The translations under genes were made by a program, and so were the position numbers. The notes beneath the pieces are model-generated. The model saw only the letters and a list, made by a program, of their open reading frames with translations. It was not told the DNA's origin and did no database searches. A stretch of 64,000 bases of DNA from Trichoplax adhaerens. Lineage: Eukaryota > Animalia > Placozoa. This document shows, piece after piece, positions 32,701 through 45,390 of this stretch. The stretch covers positions 8,831,070-8,895,069 of the forward strand of contig NW_002060943.1 in NCBI RefSeq assembly GCF_000150275.1. Reading direction: 5' to 3'. Each line of letters opens with the position of its first letter. Position 1 is the stretch's first letter.

Positions 32701-35700
32701 AGTTATTTCACTGTCAAATGAATTAAATTGTAATTAATAAGAGCTCATCTGCTGGATGATACAGTATTGTTTGTTCTACGCAAAATTAATAGCATAAATC
32801 CAAATTTGTAATCATACAATGATTGTCAATTACTTTACAGGCTTGATTCAAATCTCAGTGGACACACTGCATGTATAGCGGCTGTTGATATCTCATCAAA
32901 TGAAAAATATTTACTATCCAGTGGTCATGATAAGGTGATTTTACCTGTATCGAAAGTGTTCATACTGAGTAAACAGTCTTTATATAAACATCACCTTATT
33001 AATTAACTACACTACACATTCATTGCTGATAGGTCATTCGTTTATGAACATTAAAACGAAACGATGCGTAATTGAAAGTCACGAAAGCCATTTAGATTTA
33101 ATAACAACATGTGCATTTGGTTCAGTTCATGATACTGTTGTAAGTAAATTATTTTTATAGCGATAACTTTTATATAAATTATGCATCTGTTAGATAAATC
33201 ACAGCAATCGATGTCTTAGCGTAAAGCAAACACACAATAATCATCTAGGTAACCGCATCAAACGACCACACGGTTAAGTGCTGGGATGCTTCGGAACTAT
33301 CCTTAGTCCTTCATCGTAAGAAAGTTTTGATTCCTGTCTCTGAAGTACATAGTCACAATAGCGCGGTTAATACTGTGTCAGTTGCGGTAAGTTGTGCAAT
33401 TTAAAATTTAAAAATGTATAACAGTCCATTATGTTTAATTCACTTTATATGAGTATACAGATAATTAATTTGTATTAAATGCGACTTCTCGCCAGTTACA
33501 TTTCCTTTATCCGAGCCAACATAATTTAATCATTCAATCTGCAGAAAAACTTGATTGCCTCTGCCTCTAGCGATGGAACTGTCGTTATATCCAACCGAAT
33601 GGGTATTGAAATTACTTCCTTTAAGGCACACTCAGATCGAATTAATGCTTGCCATTTAGTGTTTCTGGATGGAGGTGAGTTTGAAACAATTATGTTAGCA
33701 TATTTCTATTGTGTTCCGATTTTCAAATTTGAATACTAGGAAGATGTGTACGCTGTAATCATTGGTGTTGTCTGTACCTTCAATTTTTGATTTAAATCAT
33801 AGATTATTACTTAACAACTAGTGGTGACGATGGCTACGTTAAAACCTGGAGGCCAATACAAGTCTGTTTTTTCTTTCTACTTATGATTCACAGAGTAAAA
33901 TAATGTTTTCAGCATTCATTATAAATTATTTTTACTAGGGTGAAGAAATTTCTTCCTTGGTTGGTCATTCGGATCGTGTAGTCGCTGTCAAAGTTAGCCA
34001 CAGTGGTAAAACAATATGCTCTGCTTCTATAGATAAAACAATCAAATTTTGGCGTACGGACGTGAGTTGGAAACTTGTAATATCTTTGTATAGAAATTAT
34101 TAAGACTTTGGTTATTACTAAATTTAGCAAGAGATATAACGTCAATGCTTTATTGCAGTTTAATCATGTTAAGCAAGCGCATATATCGGCAGTTACAGGG
34201 GTGACTTTTTTATTTCATACGAATATCGCTGCGTCTGCATCTAGGTAAGTTAAAAGTATTGAGATGAGATAACAGCTGGAAAAAAGATGAAATCCAACAA
34301 TTTAATAATGCTTCAATAATAATCGCAATTGTATCATTTAAATTTATTAGAGATGGGATGGTCATTATTTGGAAACTGTTTTACAAAGATGGGAAGCTGG
34401 CTCTAGAAAATAGATTACAATTTCAAGTATACATTGCGGAATTTTGCATATAAATGTGTAGCCAATTATTAAATATCCGATTACGTAAGGGATACTTTTC
34501 AGTACTAATGCATTATCCCCATAGGCTAGCGATGAGGCTGTAAACTGTCTTCGTCTCTATGGTGAAACCGATAATCATGGTATACATTTAATCACCGGAT
34601 CAAATGATTGTAAGGTGATAGTATGGAATATAGAGTTGGATGGCAGCCCGACTGTGATGAATTCCATTGAGTACGTTTTTCAACTCCATGTGTAAAACTA
34701 CAGGAATAATTTAAATGTATAAAGACTTTTAAGCATAATCTAAAACCTTGTGTCATCAGGTTGTCAGCACCTGTTCTATGCCTCAACATTCATAACAAAT
34801 TACTCTATATTGGAACTTGGTCTGGCCATCTGTCTGTTTGGAATATAGGAACAATGATGGAAGTTAATAGCTACACAAGGTAAAATAAGAAGAAATATAA
34901 ATGATGTATTGGTGCTTAATAAACCTTGTTAGATAACTAAATTTACATCGAAGACTACAAATACCTCTATAATGTAAAGGTGATTTCTACTCTTTCACTA
35001 TTCCTAAATACGATAGGTTGAACAATGAATGGATTTTAACTATCGATATATCAAACACATCACCCTATTGTACATGCGGTACCACAGCCTGTTTTGCTAC
35101 GGTGTATTCTACATCCGAAACCAACAACAAAATTTTGCGTCATGTAGCAATTCCTGACGACAAAGCATCCGAACGTAACAAGCATCATGCTTGTGTTTCG
35201 TACTTTTTAACCAGTCAGATATTAGCCATGAACTTAAATATAGAATCAATAGATGAAGTCTTAATTATAGGCGACAGTGATGGTAATATTTTTGTATGTG
35301 ATGCTAACAAAGAATACCTTCATCGCAAGGTACGATATTTTCATTTTTTCTGTATAGTAAATAATTTTACTAAAACCTAATTAAATTGGCAGCTTGATAC
35401 AATAGCACTCATAATAAGACTGGCCAAATTGCAGGCGCTGATTAATTGATTTTCTTTGATAACCTTCACTTAGCTCCATACTGCAGCGATATCAGAAATC
35501 ATTCAAACAAAACAGTATTTAATTACGGCTTCCTGGGATTCTACTATCAAGATATGGGAATACGAAACTTTAAAACTTGTAGGCCATATTACACTATTAC
35601 GATAGCTCGATTATAATTACCGAGCGTATAGTGATTGGATGTTGCATGTCCGGCAAAATAAATGATTGAATTCATTCCCTTTCTACGATAGGTTGGTAAA

Positions 35701-35811
35701 TTCTATTGCCAATCACCTGTGACATCTATGACTGCTATTATGTCTTGGGACAATTCTGGTATCCTTTGTGGTGATTACTTGGGAAATATCTATTTGCTGC
35801 GATATATGTAG
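20727..35811 (+). CDS. TEP1: Telomerase protein component 1 / vault-associated TEP1 (TROVE-vWA-DUF4062-NACHT-WD40), >50 small exons; one apparent 1-nt frameshift at ~33046
   Basis: TROVE motifs DPEFILKVSLYTRQELGIRTAANFLLALAA, IRLPSDWIEVA, FDEYQLAKYN, MKLPVPETWETQLSLHGNKASTWE and LPFIATLRNLRNL. DUF4062 VRVFISSTFLDMHGERD...EVDLRWGI. Walker A GKKGCGKT (~27386), Walker B IIFIDGLDQL (~27825) and SPLFL. Many GH...WD repeats from 30500 to 35800. The ATG at 20727 joins in phase to the exon at 21192; stop TAG at 35809-35811. Confidence 0.93.
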
Positions 35812-36708
35812 CGCTTGATTCTTGATTAAAATACTAGACGAATTTATCCAAGAGTTGCCATCTAGGCAGAAACGAACGTACTGTAAATGCTTAATTTTTC
35901 TACGTTGATTTACGTTCAATGAGTGGTACCTAACCATTTATAATAATTGATTTCGTATTGTATGTGGTATATTACATGTTACATAAAGATCCGTTCGGTC
36001 AGTACCTTGGATGAATATATATATACCGAATAAATATTTATCCTTATATTCAATACTCAGCATGAAAGCTAATAAGACGATAGGCTATATTTGCTACTGT
36101 CCTATCGTACAGTATACGGTGGTATTCAGTGTAAAGAATGCCGTCCGATGCAGCTTGTATTGTGCCAGATTAATATGAAATTAACACAACACTACTCGGA
36201 TAGTTTACATGATAGGCAGTCACAAGCAAACTAATTAAATTATCATGCGATCAATGAATAATATTCGCTCATTTTGAGTCTAAGAAGTTGTTTATTAGAG
36301 AAGTAGTAGTAAGCACCTTCCTGTAATCAAAAAGATAGCAAATGAAGGCGCAAAATTAGCTAAAGTTACAAAGTTTAATATTCCGCAACTACACTGTAAA
36401 ACTGGACAGGTAATAAGAATGCATTGAATAATAAGACTAAGACTTACAAATCATGGCGTACTACCACTAATAAGAATTAAAAATTATCACTCAAACGAAA
36501 AAATCTTAAAATAATTACCTCCATTACGACAATAACTGGTGCTCTTAAACTTAAAAACTACGAAATGCCAACACTTTTTAATGTTAAATTCATTAATTAT
36601 AGATGCTATTTAAGCACCTCATTAGTGCCTATTCCTTACAATATTTAAACATAAGTTTCTTGCGCAAAGTAACAAAGTAAACGATGGTAAGAGATACATC
36701 ACGAAGTA

Positions 36709-39700
36709 TTAAACATTCCTTTTTAGCCAGTCTTCTGCAACTCTTTCATAACTATTGATCCACGAAATTCTGTTCTTAATACTTTCAACAGACTGCTTAA
36801 CAGCGTTAGCACCTGTGCCTACATCAGGATTCTGTCTGAAGAAATCTTCAACCTAGAGAAAGGCATACACAACTTATTAATATACAGTATAGTCATCCAT
36901 GCAATCTTCAGGGTTGTTAAAATACTAGATTCACTCTTGCTTCAATCTTAAACTTGCCTGCTTCAATCTAAATTGTGATGCAAACCGTCCAGCAGTATTT
37001 CTGATTAAGCTACCAAAGGAAAAGAAACTGCCGCCATACCTTTAACAAAATGTACAAATTTTAGTCATAATTATAAACATTCCCTTGATTCGAATACTAG
37101 TAAACATCATATAATGTATAAGATTTTACGTTTTCCTAATATATGCCCAATTAGCACGAACGAAGTCCCATGCGAGAGGCCTGCCAACCAAGTTATTGGC
37201 AATGTAACCAATAACAACAGTAGAATCTTGGGAACGAACTTTAGCAGGATCAATGGACCACCTTAAGTACCTACAAACAGTTCAATAATTTTTTGAATGT
37301 TTAGTGTACGAGAATTAAGTTAATTAATCATTGCAATTGGTAAATCCATCATCAGAAGTCACAATGTACCTATTCAGAATCCACGGTTCCTTTGAATATG
37401 ACAAAGCATCTAATATAGTTCGTTTTTCGGAAGCGACATTCGTTTTATAGAAGTAATTATACAGGAAATCCCACTCTGCGATACCTCCATTAGCTATACC
37501 AAAACGGTATACAACCGCCTTCAAGTTCGGTTTTACGCTAATGTTGAATAGACGATTGATCTCACTATCCCCGCTTTGCAAAAAGTCACCTTGACTATGC
37601 AAGTATTCTGTATTTCCAGGTAAAATTAAATATCAACATTAACTTACGCATTATTTGTGGGGTCCGCCATAAAGCGACGGAAAAGCAAAGTTGCATTATC
37701 TAAACATGGCTTGTATCCAAATCCACAACCAATAGTTAAGGCCGACATACGCAATAATCTGATTAAATTTGATGGCTTATATCAATTATTGAAATTATGG
37801 TAATTTTATAATTTTAAGGTAGTAATTAGTATGTTCAGTTTTTAAAGCTTACTATTAATACATAATTATAGTAAAAAGTTAAAAATACTCACTTCTGAGT
37901 ATGACTCCCTTTGTCTTCAAAGCCAATCGTGTCCAATAAAGGCTTTAATTGCTTCAAGTAATATTGCTAAATAATAGGGTATATAAATAAAAGCTCATAA
38001 TAAGCTTATCACATTCATAATGTGAGATTATTTTATTATAGTTGTATAATTAAATATATGCGTCTAAGTATACATATCTGTCATTTACACTAACCGAAAA
38101 GTAACCGTAGGATGAACGATATGATATGATGGATCCAATAGCGCCAAGTACAGAGTTTGCAGTCCTCCAAGGAACATAGCTTCTTTCTTTCGTAAGATAC
38201 TTTGTTGTGCCAAATGCGATGTCGAGTACTTGGAGACTTCAAGGGTTCATTATAATTATCGATCAGTCCCTTATTACCTTGCAAGATTAAAAGCGTCATC
38301 AAGTAGATTGGAGAAATCTCTTTTTGATAATGCCTGTCACGCATACGGAAAGCAACGATCAGTATTTCATGAATATTTCAATACGTTATAAGCACATATG
38401 TCAAACACTATAAAATCAATCAACATTTTTTAAATGCACGCCATCATTATTGGAAAAACTTACCGGTTGTGTTTTCTGCATTTCCTGGATGAGGAGATTC
38501 CAATTACTTACTGGATAGTTAACTCGGTAATAGCCATAAGCATCTTTGTTGGCCTTCAGCCAAGTACCAGCTGGCCAAGCTATATTGAGAGCTATTTAGG
38601 AATTTAAAATTACATAATTACCAAACTTGTTGTAAAGTACAAAATACTCACACACAACATTAGATTTTAGATCGCTACAGTACTTGCAAAATACTTTTAA
38701 TCTATCTAACTATTTATAATCCACATATGCATGAACGTAGCTTACTGGAACTCATGTTAACCATTGCACTTCGAATTGTGTTCGGCGAATTTCCAAGAAT
38801 GTATTTAAGCGGGATATTCCACTTGTATCTATTAATTTAAAGCAATTAGCCAAGTCTAGCTTTCTGATAAGCTTACGCGGATCAAATTTTATTCATCTTT
38901 AATAAATGTAATTAGAGATACTACTAATAATAAATAAATATTATCATACCCATAGGGTGACCTGAATTTTGAGGTTGCTGGATCAACCTCGGGATTTTTA
39001 TTATTGGGATCCAACAAGAAACGTTTTTGTGAGAGTCGAGCTTGAGAACCTGTATTCGTGATAGTAACGACAGGAAATCCCATTTGCAGTGTCCAAGTAT
39101 CCATAACATCAGTAACATTTATCCTGTAAGAAATGGCCTTAAATGTTGCCATAATAATTCGATCAATGATGTGCTACGGGCAATTAACTACAGAACTTTA
39201 TGATAGTGCTTGTAAATCATTAATATACATATCCGATTAAATTTTACCTCCGATAAAGTTTGCCAAAGATCTCGAGTTACAGCATTCCGATATTCGAATT
39301 TTTTTAAGTATCTCTACATTTAAGAAAAGTAAACGTACGATAAAGAGATAATCTAAAAACTTTTAAGCCATCAATGTGCAATCAGTTTTAGAATATATGT
39401 CATACCGAAATGCCATTCTTGAAATCCAAATTACCCATCATATCTCTCATCATTCTAATGATCGATGCACCCTACATTATAATTAAAAGATTACTTACTA
39501 ACTTCTATTACAGTACCAACGTTTCAAAAAAATTAAAATATCCACAATTCAAAAATAGGTTTCAAAGAGAACAGACCTTCGCGTAAGAAATTGTGTCGAA
39601 AACTTCATTAATTTCGTCGGGATGATAAACAGTAACTTGGACAGGATGTGAAGTTACAAATGCATCCAAAGAGAAGGCGCGCTGTACGTCGATAGGTACA

Positions 39701-42700
39701 AATTGATCGAGCTATTCAAACAAAGAGCACAACAATTGTAAATTTTTAGCAATATAAAACTATAGGGAAATCACGTATTATCTATCCACTGTGGTGATCA
39801 TCATTCTCTAATTATTGGGGAAATTTAAAATTATGTATTACCATTTCCCATGTAGGTTGATAATGATCAGTGCCGAGATATTCCATGAAACTAGCAAAGC
39901 CTTCGTTAAGCCAAAGATCATCCCACCACTTCATAGTGACTAAATTACCAAACCACTACATGTTCAAATAGAAATTGAATAACTTAGTTCACAACAAGAG
40001 AGTAACGTAGGAGCTCATATCAATAATTTTTATTAACCATATGAGCCAATTCATGAGCCACTACATAAGCAACACGTTGCTGATTGTTAGCTGCAGAGAC
40101 ATTTGGATCATATAATAAAGCAGTTTCGCGATAGAGAATTAAACCCCAATTTTCCATGGCCCCAGCAGCAAAGTCAGGAACTGCTACCATGTCTATTAGT
40201 TATTAAGGTGGCGATAGGTATCAAGCGATTAGCAAAGCAAGAATAATGAAATGTATCAAACAGCAAACTAATTACCGCATTATCAAGCATTACCTTGTTT
40301 CGGCAATGGGAAAGGAATACCGAAAAAATCTTCGAAGTAATCAGTTATATTAACACCACCAATTAAAGCGAAATTGCCCTGATTGATAGTATCGGTAGTT
40401 GCCCAAACCCTTATCTAGATCCAATTTTAGTAAAATTTAGCTCCGCTGAGAAATTTTTAATTAATTTTAAATTGTATAAACAGGCAACATGAAACATAAA
40501 GCTGTTTACTATTTATGTTAACATACCGGTACTCTGTTTTTGGTCATCATTTCGATGTAAGTAAAATCGGCTAACACAAATGCAAGTAAGTACGAACTCA
40601 TCCTAACACTGGCTGTAATAAATTGAAATATCGATCGTTAAGTACAGTTTCTATTTTAACAATAATAAAACAACGTATGCAAAGACTGAAATTTAATTAC
40701 CAGGCTACATCAATGGTCAATGTATCAAGGTGACAATACAACCTGCAAAGTCTTTCTTTGTACTGTACTACGCTAGATATGAAGTATCGTTCACTAAACT
40801 TACTGTTGTAGTCATATCTTCTAAAACCAGGGCGATTAGGTATTGTAACATTTCTTTGAATTGGCATATTCCATAGAACGCTCGTATAATTTGATTGAGT
40901 AATGATTGTTGCTGTAAAATTGGCCTTCAATTCAGGCTCATCAAAGAGAGGTATAATCTTACGTGCGTCAGTTGGTTGACATTGGCTAGCTGCGATATTT
41001 CTAAATTGGAAAAAATAACATTGCATAAAATTTTAGAAATGCAACAAATTTACTTCACAATTGTTAGGATTTACAGCAACACATTGACGTAACGATTGCT
41101 TCCCCCTCAATTTTTTTTTGAATTCCGTCATTTCGATACTCGATTAACAAATTTAAAGTAACCTATCGTGCCGTTCGCATTCGCAACCCTACCCATCAAA
41201 TACGACATAAGTAATTTCCCCTGCTTTAAAATAAACTCCATATCTAAAAATGAAGAGCCGCTTGTGCTACAATAATGATCACAACATTTGTTTTGGCACA
41301 TGGCACTACGACTGGTGTTGACAACGCTAAACCGTAGTACAGTACAGTATAGTGAATTATTTACAGTACAGTACTTTGCGCGATTGTAATTTCGAAACTG
41401 GCCAATCAAATTCAGCTTCCAATTTACGTCACAGAGAGGCTGATTTGATAGATTGTTATTCCGTCGAGGACACGTTTCCTGTGGTCATGTAACCAGCATT
41501 CGGTGCGCACTTTTTAGAGCTCCAGTAGTAGGAAAAGGATTACAGCACGGTACTGTACACTGAGTGTACAGTACGGGCCTCATTTTAGAGCTCCAGTAGT
41601 ACAGTACAGTACTGTACAATCATAGACTACTACAGTACAGTACTATATGTACAAAAAACACTGTAGACTGTAGTCCATGGTACTGTACTGTACAGTACAG
41701 TACAGTACTGTAAAAAAGACTTCTCCGATAGGGCAATACGGTACAGTGGAAAACTCTCTTTAAAATGAGAGTCTGGTGAATCAGCCGNNNNNNNNNNNNN
41801 NNNNNNNNNNNNNNNNNNNNNNNNNNNNNNNNNNNNNCTGAGACATGATACGTCTGTGTCCAGTCTGTGACTGATTTAGTTGGACACTTACAGCACAGCA
41901 TGTTGAACGTCATTGTCGAAAGCGAATATGCGTAAGTAAATAATTACCTTGTCGCATAAGCACACAACGTTGTTGTAATTAGGTGAACAGTTTCTGTACA
42001 ATGCTTACGATGTGCAATTTACTTTTACTTACATTACACGGCCATCCAATTTTGTGTAAGTACTTTTATACAAGCCGTTCAACGCAGTAGATAATGCTGC
42101 CCTAAAATTAAATCGGACGTAATAGATTCCAGGATTAAGCGGGCTAGCCAGCACAATGTAGTAATAATCATTTAGCGCAAAAGCATTATGTTCGGATATC
42201 GTTAACGGGTTGCCAAAATTACGTGTAGACGAAACCACTGGGGAACCTACTAATGTCATTTGCTTCATATGAACAATAATGATATTCGTTTGTGAAGTAA
42301 CGGAGATTTCGATATCATTTTGGCCAGTAAACTGCAAGCCAATCATATCTACATCCAAAGAAAACCAGTACTGAATTGGAACAATATTTTTGGGAAGCCG
42401 AATGTTATTGACCGCCGGATATCTCGATGTCGGTTTAGGTGCGGTAGGTTTGACTGTAGCAACAGTTCGAGTTGTGGTAGAACCTGAACTTTGAGTCATG
42501 CCAGGTCTTGTGGTCATCGATGGCCGCGTTGTAGCCATAGTTGCCTGGGTACCGCCAGATCCTTGTGCACTTCCTCTAGGAACAACACCAGCCATAATGC
42601 CAACCAATACGATCAAACTGATAGCAACAGCAACTGCAATGATTAGATGACACTTGCTACAGTAGTAACCATTTGGTTTCTTTTCTCGCACTTCAAAATC

Positions 42701-42715
42701 CGTTCCTTTTTCCAT
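36709..42715 (-). CDS. Aminopeptidase N-like M1 zinc metallopeptidase, type II membrane, catalytic motifs intact (paralogue 1)
   Basis: N-terminal TM ([22 protein letters not shown]), Ser/Thr stalk, [39 protein letters not shown] (~40150), [37 protein letters not shown] and an ERAP1_C-type C-terminus. Stop TAA at 36709-36711. Confidence 0.93.
41535..41712. repeat. (CAGTA)n/(TACTG)n tract with 19-bp direct repeats and a palindrome, intron 1 of aminopeptidase 1
   Basis: TTTTAGAGCTCCAGTAGTA at 41512-41530 and 41583-41601; GTACTGTACACT-G-AGTGTACAGTAC palindrome between them; CAGTA runs continue to ~41710. Confidence 0.75.
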
Positions 42716-43314
42716 CTTGTTTATTTAATGTGTTATAGTAAATAGAACTTTCTACACCTGCAATCGTCGCAAACTGTCGAAACACAGAAGCAGAAATAAC
42801 TGCGAGGAGTACGAACTGTGAGTTGGCAGGAGAAAAAAGAAAAAAGAAAAAAAAAACAATCAAGACAGGCTAACCCAGTTCCGTTAACTGATCAGAAAAA
42901 CGCTCTCCTGCCAATGATGATTAAGGGACAGGAGTAGCCAATAAAATAGCATGACCAGCCAACTATCGTGTTACCCAGCACGATACAGTACCGTGCAGTA
43001 TTGGTCCATCTGATACTAGCCAGTGGTTACTGACATGTGACATAGCACACTGTCTAGTGTACACTGCTGTGCGCGGTTGGCTACTATGGTATAGTCACAC
43101 AGTACAGTATAATTGGTCGCCGTCCTTTGATTAAACGATTAATAATAAAAAAATTAATTAGCACTGCCCGTTTAACAAACATCAAATTATCATAATAATA
43201 GAGCTTTATTTGATCTGACTCACTTAATAAAAGCTGATGGCAGAACCAGCCAGAACTATGGTATACTTTCTGCCAAGTTTCTATTAACGTTGATGTTGGG
43301 CGGAGCCTAATGGC

Positions 43315-43475
43315 GTACAGTACAGTGCACTGTACGGCACTGTTAAAAGTACTGTACAGTACAGTATTTACAGTATTAGCGTTTCAAACATTTCGATGTA
43401 CAGTACAGTACAGTACAGTACAGTACTGTACACTGTACCGTACGTACTGTAGTTACCGTACTGTACATACTGTAG
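43315..43475. repeat. (CAGTA)n/(TACTG)n tract upstream of aminopeptidase 1
   Basis: TACAGTACAGTACAGTACAGTACAGTACTGTAC at ~43399-43431 with flanking variants. Confidence 0.8.
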
Positions 43476-44919
43476 AGATCAAGATAAGGTAAATACACGA
43501 CAGTAAAACGGTATCATGATGACCGTACCACGAAATTGTTACTGACTATCAGTAAGTTTTTGCTCCCNTATTTATGTACTGNNNNNNNNNNNNNNNNNNN
43601 NNNNNNNNNNNNNNNNNNNNNNNNNNNNNNNTATTGCATGATCATTAATTATGTGACAAGTTTGAACCACATCATCTACTTCTTTAGTCTGGCATCTGTA
43701 GATCCATAGGCTCAGCGAAGTGGTAGACAAGAGTTAGGAGATAGTTGTACAGCCTTTGTTGAAAGCGCGTAAGGCTTATGTAACTCCACAACAATCGTAC
43801 AGTCAGGTATGCGATACGCGGTTATAATACAGACGCGCGATACAGGTTTATACCAAATAATCCAATGGTAACAACATTAAGCCATGCATACATTACTGTA
43901 CAGGGATGTGCAATTGTGCATAGTATGATCTACAGCATCCATAAGATCTCTTTATCCGCAACGCTGCGTGATTGATTGTTTTCCAGATTCATGTCTGTGT
44001 CATGTACATTAGTACAGTACAGTGGAATGACCAGAAAAATGATAAGCCTCCATGCTTTTTTGCACTGAAAAGTGGTACTGCTGTACTCGTCTTGTACACT
44101 GCACAGAGATCGCGAAAGTGCCTCACTTCTGAGTAACCGATATCGGACGAGTTAGCGCTCTAGGTTTTTTTCGTTTATCTGTATGGCTTACATCATCAAG
44201 TTACGGCAAAGGTGACGTCCACTGTACTGTACTCTAACTGTACATATATATAGGTTAGATTTGTATGATATACAGAAACAACATACAAGCCTGAGCTGAT
44301 ATGCATTTTTCATGGTATTTTTCAGATACATTCACTCACTTTTCTACTACATGGTATCAGTTCCGCTAATACTGCTGCAGTACTGACAAAAGTTAAATTA
44401 AAAGTAAATTAAAATAATAATAATCGCATATTTGAATAAAGAAGAATAATAAAGATATCAGTTTTGAGGCTAATACTTGATTCGAATCTCTGATAGTGAT
44501 ACTGTACTTTCGATCAATCAATGATTTCTTATTGTTAATTGCGATACTGATAGAGTACAGTACTGTACAATCAGGGACTATTAAACGAACGAGATGGGGC
44601 AGGAAACGGTTGTTCGGTATGTTCGCTATACTAATAAATCAATAATGTGGAGGCTGATTATTCAATTGGTCATTTCAATTGTATCGCATATCTGTAAACG
44701 GTACACTATACTGTATGCGATTGGCGTCAAAAATTAGCTGCTATTATCCTACTACCTTGCTGTAAGTTGGTTTTATGCAGTATGGTATACAGTTTCAATG
44801 TTTCATCGGTAGCATATAGTACAACGACCGAAAAAATGATAAGCCCTCCAAATTAGTTTACTTTACGCTATGGTCGTTTCCTGTTCCGTTTCTTTCTTTT
44901 TCTTTCTTTAGTCATTCGG

Positions 44920-45065
44920 ACTACTACAGTAGATATACTGTACAGTACTGTACTATGCAGTGTACTGTACAGTACTGTACAGCATACAGTGTACCGTACG
45001 ATTGTCATCATTGAGTAACCACGGTATATCGACTTCTATTGTACAGTGTACACTGTACAGTACAT
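44920..45065. repeat. (CAGTA)n/(TACTG)n tract upstream of aminopeptidase 2
   Basis: Repeated TACTGTACAGTACTGTAC palindromic units. Confidence 0.8.
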
Positions 45066-45345
45066 TATTTTGACGCTTAACCAATCAAAATCTATCTTTT
45101 GAGAAAACGCATCACGTGCAAAATCCAAACAAATTATATTATTTAATGTCATATTATTATATATTACCTATATATATTATATTGTCATATGTCACGATAT
45201 ATATGTCACCGTGACATATACTGTATATTATACAGCGAGTATAACAGCACGATAATTAAGGGTTAAGAAGGCGTAATCATATAAATATTGTATACCTTTC
45301 GCTAAATACAGTACTGTACTGGCACATAGGATTGGCTACTAGGCC

Positions 45346-45390
45346 CAGTCATTCCTCTGTGATGTATCCAAAAATGCTGCTAAAATGGCG
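45346..45390. repeat. Partial second copy of the 10.8-kb fold-back element arm
   Basis: CAGTCATTCCTCTGTGATGTATCCAAAAATGCTGCTAAAATGGCG shares an exact 17-mer, TATCCAAAAATGCTGCT (45365-45381), with the reverse complement of 10933-10949, plus the upstream CAGTCATT. Confidence 0.6.

Noticed and set aside
41512-41522. TTTTAGAGCT resembling the start of a type II-A CRISPR repeat or sgRNA scaffold
   Set aside because: The match is limited to 10 nt and there are only two copies.
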